A stretch of DNA of 62,787 bases, counting the filler. It is 8 parts of 8 records of this genome, joined end to end, with 100 filler letters (N's around TTAATTAATTAA, not from the genome) between each part and the next. Parts side by side here need not be neighbours in the genome. Positions count along the whole stretch, not along the records: positions 48,906 to 55,820 come from SRR31147125_14791; positions 55,921 to 62,787 come from SRR31147125_14806; 6 more parts are not named here. One strand, given 5' to 3'. The translations under genes were made by a program, and so were the position numbers. Positions 53,907 to 62,787 of this stretch are shown one piece after another. The notes under the pieces are model-generated. The model ran no database searches and was not told where the DNA came from. It worked only from the letters and a program-made list of their open reading frames with translations. Position 1 is the stretch's first letter; every line of letters begins with the position of its first letter.

Positions 53907-55552
53907 TGACAGGTAAGAATAAAAACATATTAACATTTAATCAGGATGATAAGTTCTACTATCAAAGGGCTATGAGGTTAATTGATGAATTAGAATTTGC
54001 GCGCGGAATAAAAATGTTGAGTATTGCAATTAAACAAAAACCTAAAAACATCGAGTATAGGATGAGCCTTTGCAATGTGTTGACAGATATTGGGTATTAT
54101 TCAAAGTCTATAGATGAGATAATAAATATTATGGTAATTAATGAGCAGCTCGATCCTAAATGTTATTATATGCTTGGATATAATTACTATGAATTGGGAG
54201 AGTACATAAAAGCTCTGAATATGTTTGAACGATACTTGTCTGAAAGACCTGAAGGCGACTTGAGTGATGAGGTTTTTTATTTCCTTGAAAATATTGAAGA
54301 ATTCACATTGTCTTCATGGCAGGAATACAGCATATTTCCAAGCCATATTTATTCGACAAAATCAGACATTACCAATATTGATGAAACTAGGATGTCAGAT
54401 GATATTGATGTATGGTCAAAGGAACAAAATATAAAGGCATTGATGGCGTATTCCAAAAAGGAATACGAAGAAACTACAAAAATATGCAGAAACATACTAA
54501 GCAAACTTCCGCGTCAGAATAGTGTTATATGTACGATGGCGCTATCGTTATATAAAGAAGGCGAAACAGATGAAAGTGTTGAGCTTGCTAAAACTTTGAC
54601 GGAAAATGTTTCCACTAAAATGGAAGAATTATTAAGAGTTAGTTTTGTTCTGTGTGAGCTTAAGATGGATGTTGAAGCAAAAGAAGTTTTACAAAAGCTA
54701 AAGATGCAGATGCCTTACAGTGAAAAAATAAATCATTATTTAGCTATTGCATACTATAATTGTGGTGACTATGAAAACGCCAAAAAACTTTGGAATGTAT
54801 GCTATGAGATAAATGGTGAAAGCCGTAAATATCAATGGTACATTGAAAATTCAAATAATCCGCAGATTGAAAGGCTGGAATATTCCGATTTTCTTCCTAA
54901 TTTGGCAGTAATAGAGAATATAAATTACTTAGAGAAGAATATATACGAAAAAGAAATATATCCTGAACTTAATTTATGGAAAGATGATAAATTTAAAAAG
55001 ATAGTGCTGGAAAGCTTAGAAAAATGCAAAGCAGAAGTGCAGAAAAAACTGCTTTATATTATATATGAATATGCAGGCGATGAACGTGAAGGGATATTTA
55101 GAAAATTTTTATTAAGTGATTTTGTTGGTGAAAAAAATAAAAATGAAATACTTTCTCTGCTTCATCATATGAATGCAAAAGAGCCGTTTTTGATGATGAC
55201 GGATTACCAGTTAGTTGATGTTGCAATAAATGTAATTTCAGTAGATAATAATAGTAAAGAAGAATTTGTTAATGTGCTGAATTATGCTATAAATAATATT
55301 TGTATAGATAAAAAAGAAAAGGAAATGGTTATAGCTTTGTGGAGCTCTGTGGCTATAAAATTCATGCTGGAAAAAAAGAGGATAAAAAATATTATCCTTT
55401 GGGCTTTTGGATTCTATTATGCAGCTATGAAAGAAAAGTATATACAGGAAGAGCTTATAAATAAGGCGATAGAACACGATATTAATAAAAGATCATTATT
55501 TAATGTTGCAAAGATAATAGTTGATAAAAAGGAAGAGAAAAATGATTATTGA
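53903..55552 (+). CDS. Tetratricopeptide-repeat protein
   Basis: Repeated YYMLGYNYYELGEY / HYLAIAYYNCGDY helical motifs. Confidence 0.8.
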   Translation: MMTGKNKNILTFNQDDKFYYQRAMRLIDELEFARGIKMLSIAIKQKPKNIEYRMSLCNVLTDIGYYSKSIDEIINIMVINEQLDPKCYYMLGYNYYELGEYIKALNMFERYLSERPEGDLSDEVFYFLENIEEFTLSSWQEYSIFPSHIYSTKSDITNIDETRMSDDIDVWSKEQNIKALMAYSKKEYEETTKICRNILSKLPRQNSVICTMALSLYKEGETDESVELAKTLTENVSTKMEELLRVSFVLCELKMDVEAKEVLQKLKMQMPYSEKINHYLAIAYYNCGDYENAKKLWNVCYEINGESRKYQWYIENSNNPQIERLEYSDFLPNLAVIENINYLEKNIYEKEIYPELNLWKDDKFKKIVLESLEKCKAEVQKKLLYIIYEYAGDEREGIFRKFLLSDFVGEKNKNEILSLLHHMNAKEPFLMMTDYQLVDVAINVISVDNNSKEEFVNVLNYAINNICIDKKEKEMVIALWSSVAIKFMLEKKRIKNIILWAFGFYYAAMKEKYIQEELINKAIEHDINKRSLFNVAKIIVDKKEEKNDY

Positions 55553-55820
55553 TTTTGATAATGAATTTAGAAAATATTTAACAGAATGGATGAAGGAAAA
55601 TGCTGACAAGTATAAAACGCCAGATGAAATGGAATCAGAGGCTTTAAATATATATTCAAAATGGCTTAATACACCAGCTAAGTGGATTGATGGTATTTGC
55701 CCAAATGAATATTTTAATAAATATAAAGAAGCAAAAGACTTAGTGGACATGATTGTAGAATATTTAAATGCTAATGTTGGAGTTCCGGATTTATTACTTG
55801 ATGCAATCTGTGAATTTGGG
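55542..55820 (+). CDS. Hypothetical protein (3' truncated)
   Basis: ATG with AAGGAAG upstream, overlapping the TPR stop; frame open to the edge. Confidence 0.65.
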
Positions 55821-55920
55821 NNNNNNNNNNNNNNNNNNNNNNNNNNNNNNNNNNNNNNNNNNNNTTAATTAATTAANNNNNNNNNNNNNNNNNNNNNNNN
55901 NNNNNNNNNNNNNNNNNNNN
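55821..55920. other. Artificial contig spacer
   Basis: N44-TTAATTAATTAA-N44. Confidence 0.98.
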
Positions 55921-55970
55921 AAAAAAAGATATTGACTAAAATATTACTATTAAATTACAGTTTCCTAAAA

Positions 55971-56741
55971 TTAAGTTTGATTTTTATTCTTAAGAACATA
56001 GATTAAAGAATATGAGTTTTGAATATCATCCTTTTCTGGGTACGCAAACATGTTTATATAATAATCTATAGCATTTTTGTTAACCGAAAAATTAGATGTT
56101 GTTAAATGTTTTGTTTCTGGATTTCTTGAGCAATATGTATTGTGTTTTCTCATTAAATTATTGATCATAGATTGTCCTAAAACAATATCTACCTCAAGGT
56201 TTGCTTCTTCAAACATTCCATTTAAATCCTGCCTATAAAAAACATGTTTATGGTATTTGTTTTTTGGTTTATTGTTTTCATCAACCGCTTCAAATTCGCC
56301 ATTTGGAACAGATAGAAGTATTCTTCCGTTATTTTTTAAAGCGTTTGCTATATTTTTTATAAACTGTTTTGGATGATCTATATGTTCAATAGTTTCAAAA
56401 CTTATAATACATTCAAATTTTTTGTTATATTTTGCGCCTACAAAAAAGTTCTTATCTATATCTGCGCATAAAAATTCTGCATTTTTATGTGCATTTTTGT
56501 TTGCAATAAATATAAAGCTCTTATTAATATCTACGCCTAAAACATCAACATCTTCCTTGCTCGCAATCAAATTAGTACCGTATCCATTAGAACACGCTAT
56601 ATCTAAGGCAGTTTTGTATTTTCTTTTTTTGCAAAACCAGGCGGCATATCTGTATCTTGCAATATGTTCTATTGCAGTCCAAAAATTATCCTCATTAATA
56701 TTGTACATATCCACATATTCTACATCTAATCTCTGTTGCAT
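55971..56741 (-). CDS. Class I SAM-dependent methyltransferase
   Basis: EHIARY, ALDIACSNGYG, VLGVDI, ISFETIEH and LLSVPN motifs. Confidence 0.9.
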   Translation of the reverse strand: MQQRLDVEYVDMYNINEDNFWTAIEHIARYRYAAWFCKKRKYKTALDIACSNGYGTNLIASKEDVDVLGVDINKSFIFIANKNAHKNAEFLCADIDKNFFVGAKYNKKFECIISFETIEHIDHPKQFIKNIANALKNNGRILLSVPNGEFEAVDENNKPKNKYHKHVFYRQDLNGMFEEANLEVDIVLGQSMINNLMRKHNTYCSRNPETKHLTTSNFSVNKNAIDYYINMFAYPEKDDIQNSYSLIYVLKNKNQT

Positions 56742-56831
56742 AAAGCCACCATTCCTTATTCGTTCAATAACATCAAGTATTTTGAGATTATTTTACCACA
56801 AAATCTTATAATTTGGTTAAAAAAACTCGAA

Positions 56832-56883
56832 TTGTGAACAATGTTACAAAAGTGTTGCAAAATAATTTAATATGTGCAATAAT
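56832..56883 (+). promoter_or_regulatory. Rex-like operator followed by a putative SigA promoter
   Basis: TTGTGAACAATGTTACAA (two mismatches to TTGTGAAnnnnTTCACAA); TTGCAA-17nt-AATAAT with TG extension. Confidence 0.45.
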
Positions 56884-57031
56884 AATGTTGTTGCTGGATA
56901 GTATCAGTAATTTGTAGAGTTATTGCTGATTTATTATTGATTGGCATTGTACTGTGTTTTAAGATGATTTTATCGAAAGGCTTAGTTAAAACATTTAATT
57001 TTAAGCTTTAAGACGAAAGGTGGTCAAAAAA

Positions 57032-57115
57032 ATGAGAAAAACAATCCAAATGATTATGGAAGCTATTTTTGTAGTTTTGGCAGCGCTATCTATGGGAAAT
57101 ATACTTGTAGGATAA
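57032..57115 (+). CDS. Putative 27-aa hydrophobic small protein MRKTIQMIMEAIFVVLAALSMGNILVG
   Basis: GAAAGGTGGT SD, upstream promoter candidate and downstream terminator; below the ORF-track size cutoff. Confidence 0.55.
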   Translation: MRKTIQMIMEAIFVVLAALSMGNILVG

Positions 57116-57161
57116 TATTACCCCACTCTTGTGTATAAAAATTTAATACATATTAAACGGC

Positions 57162-57197
57162 AACCAGTATTTGGGCAAAGGCTTAATACTGGTTTTT
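57162..57197 (+). terminator. Intrinsic terminator between the small ORF and the convergent CotH gene
   Basis: AACCAGTATT...AATACTGGTT followed by a T-tract. Confidence 0.7.
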
Positions 57198-60100
57198 AAT
57201 ATATTGTTATCGTATCCAGGGTGTTAGATAATTCTATTGCCTTTTGGATAGAGTTTGTATTGATATATTCGTCATAAATTCTTGTAGCTGGAGAATTTTC
57301 TTCTTCTATCTCTTGTCTAAACCTTTCTATGTCCTCATCGGTTAAATCAAAATAATCCTTAAGCTGAGGGATAAAATTTTTCTTTCTTTCCCGTAAAAAC
57401 CTTTTATGCCTTTCTTGCTCATTATAAACAAACGCCAATGCTTCTCTTTTCTTTTCTGGAGGGTCGCTATAGGATGTACCTGATGTAACTCTGTTGTAAG
57501 CGTATTCCCACCATTTATCCAAGTTTAACTGTAACTCATTATCTATTTTTTCCGCAAGATAAATATAATAGTTTTCCGAAAACTCTGGGCTGTATATCGT
57601 ATCACAAAGCTCTATGGCGCGTTTGCAAAACTGGTTTTTAAAATCAGGGCTCTTTAAAAGTCCGCGAATCAAATCAGTATCAAATGATTTTCCAGAGCCA
57701 TGACCTGCTATGCTGGTCCTTAGTTTAAGATGGTTATTAGTTGCGTAATATGCTGCTCTATCTAAGTCGAACAAAAGAGCCCTCCATTTAGCATCACTAC
57801 TTTCCGGTCTATAAAATTTAATGTTGCCAGAATCCATGTTGCCTAGTATTATATGCGTAAGTACCGTATCTATGTAGTTGTCTATGTCCAAACGATTTTT
57901 AACATACTCATAATTTTCATCTTTAGTCATATCCTTTGTATGAACATAATCAACCAAGGCTTCAAATGCCCAAGAATAACCGTGAATAGCGGCATATTCT
58001 TGACCTGGTACTGGCTCTATTATATCTATAGTATCCTTTTCAAACCCATATTTTATAGAAATATAATCACGGTTTAACTTTTCTCTAATATTTAAAAGTC
58101 CATAATACTCACCATTAAGGTATAGGGCACAAGGCCTATAAGCCATAGAATCCACATCTAAAGCCAGCCTCGCAAGAGAAGTAAGAGCAGCATCCGTAAG
58201 TTTAGTCCTATTCCACTCTTCACTTCCTCCGTTTCTAAAGACAAAAGTTTCATATACATCTGGTGTTTTGTTGTCTCCAGGAAAAAGATCATACTCAATT
58301 CTATCGCTTCCATTATTATCAGCAACCTCTATAGCAAACGACTTTTGAGGATCCCATCTGCTGGTGTTGCCAAAAGCTTAGCGATTGCATCAAAAGATAT
58401 TCCTCCACCTTGGTTAGGCTCATATATGCTCACATGAGCCGGCACTTTAATTTCCTCACCTACATTTTTAAGAAGACCCTCAGAGCCATATAAATATTTA
58501 TCCTCTATCGTTAAAAGCACGACAGGAACATCATGTTGCTTCCCAAAAATATAACTTTTTGTTTCAATTTCAGACGGTATGTATCCATACTTTGTACTAA
58601 TAGCTTTTACATTTGTATCTTGATTGATTTCTATTGGATGAATATATTCTAACGAATCTGTTTCAGGCTCACTGCCATCCAGTGTATAATAAATAATCAT
58701 ACCATCATTTTGGCAAGAAAGCTCAAGGTTTAGCTGTTCCGTAAGACATCCAGAATCAGATGAAAATGCGACTTGTTCACAATACCCCAAATACTTATTA
58801 GAATCATTTTGTGCATTCGGTGTTGCTTTTGTATATATCACGTAGCTTCCATCGGGTTCTTTAGATATCGTGTGTCCATCTCTAGTATATCTTGCTTTAA
58901 AACTATCTACTATATAACCATATGGGCTTGTAACATAAATATCCTCTGTAAAAGCAGATATAGAAAACCCTGCATTAAAATCTCCGTATTTATCACCGCG
59001 AAACTCAGCACTTGCTAAAACTAAAACATATTCATCAGGAGCAATAACTGTACCTTTTGGAAAGGTCCATTTAAAAAGATCAAGTTTACTATCGCTAACT
59101 CCAAAATCAGATATATCAATATCGTAGTCTGTATTATTATACAACTCTATATAATCATAATAATCATAAAACTCTCTAATACTTTCTGGCCTTGTTGTTT
59201 TAACTTCGTTTATATAAACAAAGCGTTGCTTTCTCGTTTCAAGGTTTTTTTAGCGTGCTGCCAACTATAGTGTTTGCCTCACCCGGCGTTGGCACATCAA
59301 AATAATTCCATGTTTCAAAATCATCTTTGCTTCTGCCATAAGATATTCCTTCGTCTGTTTCTACAACGTCTATTCTATCAACAAGCACACCGCTTTCATC
59401 AAAAAGATATAAAAATTCATCCGATGATGATAGCGAAAAGTTACTGTGTAAGTTCCTATCAGATTGAATGTCCTTTTTATCGGCAAAAACAACCAAGCAT
59501 TCTCCGCTTTTAAGCAGCTTATCTTCAAACTGCCATTTTCTTGGCGCTTTAATATCATCCGTTAGGCTATAACCGCCAATATTTATTTCATCTGAATTTG
59601 TGTTTATTATCTCTATCCAATCACTAAATTCACCAAACTCATCCATTAATACGTCTTGATTTTTTGTCGTTATCTCGTTTATATATACACCATTTGATAC
59701 AACTTCGTGTTTATAAAAGCCATCCATACTGTCGTATATTTTTTCGTTATCCAAAAGGGGCGTTACGGGGTTTAAATATCCAACGCTGCCATCATCAGCA
59801 ATCCCATAACTAAACCCGTCCAAAAGCTCTGGCACTATAATGGTTTGCACCTTAACTACATCATTATAAAGCGAAATAGTTTCACCTTTAGAGCTTATTT
59901 TAAAATTTGCATGAATCTCATTATCCTTATATTCGTCTTTTCCTGATGCAAAAACAACGATATACTCGCCGCCACCAACAACAACATCAGGCAGTTTAAA
60001 TTTATTTATTTTTTCAAAATCATCAGTTAGGCAATAAGCTCCTAAGTTTATGTCAAAATCCATGGTGTTATAAAGCTCTATCCAATCAAAGGATTGACCA

Positions 60101-60342
60101 TAGTTTTCAGATACATAATCCGATCCCTTTGAACAAACTTCTGTAATAACTATCCCTTGCTCACTTTGATAATCATCAGAATTTCCTATGTTATTTAAAT
60201 CATAAGTCATCATTGTTTCAATTACGTTATCAAACTGAGCTAAGAACCCATTTTGATACAATAAAAAAACAGCAGTGATAATTGAAAGCATCAACATTAC
60301 GATACATAGAATGATTAAAACTTTTATTTTGCTTCTGCTCAA
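57196..60342 (-). CDS. Membrane-anchored protein with three lamin-tail domains, an Fn3-associated domain and a CotH kinase domain; two apparent frameshifts (~59248, ~58373)
   Basis: N-terminal TM; three I(T/N)E...D(W/Y)IE...TP repeats; IYYTLDGSEP; YLNGEYYGL, GNMDSGNIKFY and LFDLD CotH motifs; frames join at homopolymer runs. Confidence 0.83.
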
Positions 60343-60599
60343 AGGTGTTTCTCCTAACTTGAGAGTTTGTTCGTTAACATAAACATTTGAAATGATTTTC
60401 TACAATATTATAGTATATTTACAAAAATACAACAAGAAGATATGCTGTTTTGTATTATTTGAAAAGAATATTTAACAATTTGTACAATATTATTTTGAAA
60501 TGTGTATGCTGATGCAAGATAATCGATTTGTGCTATAAGTCTCAAAAACCCACCCTAAAATGGAGAAGGCAGCATACAAACAATTATATCCGTAACTAT

Positions 60600-61733
60600 T
60601 TATTCAAAAGTGTCATTGACCAAATCAAGCTTATCCATAATATCAATATGCTGAGGACATTTACTTTCGCACGCTCCACATTTTTTACAATGCTTTGCTT
60701 TTACTTCATCCTCTACAAACATACTATATTTCCTTTTAGCTCCATCCATATCCTGATACATGCTTCCATTGTTTAAGTGCATAAAGCACAGTGGTATATC
60801 TACACCATGAGGGCAAGGCATGCAATACCTGCATGAAGTACAGTTTACTATCATTCTTTTTTTATAAATGTTTCTTACATCTAAGATTACTTTTTTCTCG
60901 TTATCATTCAAGCAATTAGCTTGTGCTAGGTTAGCAGCCTTTATGCTATCATCCACTTGACTCACTTCACTCATACCGCTTAAAACAACGTTTATACCAT
61001 CATGATCCCACAAAAACCTTAACGCTTTATTTGCAACTGTCATTTCAGGGTTTATACTATCCCAAATTTTTTGTACGTCTTCTGGAATATTTTCTACCAA
61101 ACTTCCACCTTTAAGTGGTTCCATAACAACAATACCAAGCCCTTTATCTTTAGCATAATTATAACCTTCAAAACCAGCTTGATAATCAATATCCATAAAG
61201 TTATATTGGAACATGCAAAAATCCCAATCATATGCATCTATAATCTTTTTAAACACTTCTAATTCATCATGGAAAGAAAATCCGATGTGCTTTATTTTTC
61301 CTGCTTGTTTTTGTCTTTTTATAAACTCAAACACTTCTACCTTTTTATAGTTATCAAAATACCAAGAATCAAGTGCGTGTAGCAGATAAAAGTCTATATA
61401 ATCTACCTGAAGTTTTTCTAGCTGCCTGTTGAACAGTTTATCCAAATCCTCGCTAGTCTTAACTTTCCAAGAAGGCATTTTGGTTGCTATATACACCTTT
61501 TCTCTATACCCATCTTTTAAAGCTTTTCCTAAAACCAATTCACTATTGCCACCGTGATATGGCTCTGCTGTATCCAAATAATTGATTCCGCTATCCACCG
61601 CATGTCTTATAAGCTCAATGCATTTTTCTTCGTCTAAATTTGTATTGTCGTTATCAATAACAGGCATCCTCATTGCCCCAAAGCCAAGCTGCGAAACTTT
61701 AATGCCAGTTTTTCCAAATTCGCGATATTTCAT
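60600..61733 (-). CDS. Aldo/keto reductase with a C-terminal 4Fe-4S domain
   Basis: VSQLGFGAMR, NYLDTA, MEPLKGG, CTSCRYCMPCP and CKKCGACESKCPQ motifs. Confidence 0.92.
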   Translation of the reverse strand: MKYREFGKTGIKVSQLGFGAMRMPVIDNDNTNLDEEKCIELIRHAVDSGINYLDTAEPYHGGNSELVLGKALKDGYREKVYIATKMPSWKVKTSEDLDKLFNRQLEKLQVDYIDFYLLHALDSWYFDNYKKVEVFEFIKRQKQAGKIKHIGFSFHDELEVFKKIIDAYDWDFCMFQYNFMDIDYQAGFEGYNYAKDKGLGIVVMEPLKGGSLVENIPEDVQKIWDSINPEMTVANKALRFLWDHDGINVVLSGMSEVSQVDDSIKAANLAQANCLNDNEKKVILDVRNIYKKRMIVNCTSCRYCMPCPHGVDIPLCFMHLNNGSMYQDMDGAKRKYSMFVEDEVKAKHCKKCGACESKCPQHIDIMDKLDLVNDTFE

Positions 61734-61769
61734 AATTTATCTTCTCCTTTATCAGTGACTTTAAAGCCA

Positions 61770-62378
61770 CTACACTAACCCAAGTACATCCGATGGCTTG
61801 CCAAATATAAGCTTACATTCAACGTCTCTGTTGCTCCACCCAGCCAGTGCAAAATCCATGTTTGCGGATAAAGCCGCATCTTTATCATAAACAGTATCCC
61901 CTATATATATAGAACTCTTATGGTCTCTATTACAAACTTTCAAAAAATGCAGCAATGGGTCAGGATTCGGTTTATGCAATTTTGTATCAGATGAATACAC
62001 TATATGCGAGAACCATTTTTTTAGACCAAGATGCGAAAAAAAACTGTCATATTCATCACTAGATCTTGAAGTGACTATACCAACATATACATCTCTTTTT
62101 AAAAGTTCGTCCAAAGTATCTACTACACCTTTAAAAAACGTAGATTTATCCTTAAACTTAAAATATTGCAAATCCCACTCTTTAATGGTTTCGTCGATTT
62201 TTTTAACTTCAAGTGTTTCAAGACATTTTAAACCTGGCATACCAATCGTTTTTTTAACTGTCTCTATATCAATATCTCTGCCCTCAACCTCAAATATAGC
62301 ATTTTTAAGGCTAAGTACATTGTCATAATTGGTATCTACTAAAGTTCCATCCATATCAAATATTACCGTCTTATACAT
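61770..62378 (-). CDS. HAD-family phosphatase (PpaX/Gph-like)
   Basis: FDMDGTLVD, IVTS, HKPNPDP and YIGDTVYD motifs. Confidence 0.9.
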   Translation of the reverse strand: MYKTVIFDMDGTLVDTNYDNVLSLKNAIFEVEGRDIDIETVKKTIGMPGLKCLETLEVKKIDETIKEWDLQYFKFKDKSTFFKGVVDTLDELLKRDVYVGIVTSRSSDEYDSFFSHLGLKKWFSHIVYSSDTKLHKPNPDPLLHFLKVCNRDHKSSIYIGDTVYDKDAALSANMDFALAGWSNRDVECKLIFGKPSDVLGLV

Positions 62379-62404
62379 ATCATTTATCCTTCATTATATT
62401 TTTT

Positions 62405-62787
62405 CTACTTATGGTATTTTTCGTTGTTAATTATCGTAAAAGATCTATAAATCTGCTCTAAAAGCATCACCTTAAATAAGTGGTGTGCAAATGTCATATC
62501 CGAAAAAGAAATAATTCCTTTCGCCTTATTTTTTATATCAGAGCTTAGTCCGAAAGACCCACCTATCAAAAAGGCTATTGAGTTTATTCCACTATTAAAA
62601 TCTCTTTCAACCATTTTAGAAAAATCTAAAGAGCTTTGCTTTTTACCAAGACCATCCAAACAATAAAAAGCATTAAAGGGCTTTGCTTTTTCATATAATC
62701 TTTCGCCTTCAATTTTTTTTGCGTTAATAATTTCATTATCGCTTGGATTTTTGGATAAAGTGTGTTCATTAACTTCAATTTCTAAAA
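62405..62787 (-). CDS. rlmH: 23S rRNA pseudouridine-1915 N3-methyltransferase (5' truncated, frameshift near 62665)
   Basis: FLIGGSFGL, SFSDMTFAH and LLEQIYRSFTI...YHK motifs. Confidence 0.93.
   Translation of the reverse strand, partial: LEIEVNEHTLSKNPSDNEIINAKKIEGERLYEKAKPFNAFYCLDGLGKKQSSLDFSKMVERDFNSGINSIAFLIGGSFGLSSDIKNKAKGIISFSDMTFAHHLFKVMLLEQIYRSFTIINNEKYHK

Noticed and set aside
62405-62430. rlmH 3' end as an island integration site (orfX-like)
   Set aside because: It is followed directly by a HAD gene; no integrase or direct repeat is seen in the contig

Overview
This window is not one locus. It is eight unrelated contigs joined by seven identical 100-nt artificial spacers (N44-TTAATTAATTAA-N44), so it looks like a concatenated metagenome of anaerobic bacteria. 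More than a dozen genes carry single-base frameshifts, mostly in homopolymer runs, which look like sequencing errors. Contig 1 (1-8642): surface polysaccharide cluster (WcaF-like, Wzy-like, three glycosyltransferases, Wzx) with an EPS-associated MarR regulator. Contig 2 (8743-15322, very AT-rich): GGDEF cyclase and a ~2000-aa pseudokinase-AAA-GAF-hybrid histidine kinase. Contig 3 (15423-28512, Desulfuromonadales-like): glycyl-radical activase, ANKH-like transporter, DMT transporters, a c-di-GMP-I riboswitch ahead of a large secreted protein and a PEP-CTERM gene, gdhA and a PEP-synthase-like protein. Contig 4 (28613-37585): part of an unusual acyl-chain biosynthetic cluster (KS, CLF-like, ACP, condensation-like acyltransferase, FAD oxidoreductase, B12 radical SAM, two adenylate-forming ligases), the best candidate for an undescribed system. 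Contig 5 (37686-42952): dapF, HAD, nfo, dtd, MBL hydrolase, RDD. Contig 6 (43053-48805): acyl-CoA dehydratase activase, TetR, GH106 lipoprotein, Cys-rich protein. Contigs 7-8 (48906-62787, Clostridia-like): mfd, prsA, hslO, TPR, methyltransferase, a 27-aa small ORF missing from the supplied track, LTD-CotH kinase, aldo/keto reductase, HAD, rlmH. I recognised no rRNA, tRNA, CRISPR array or transposase. All family and taxonomic calls come from motif recognition by eye, not database searches.
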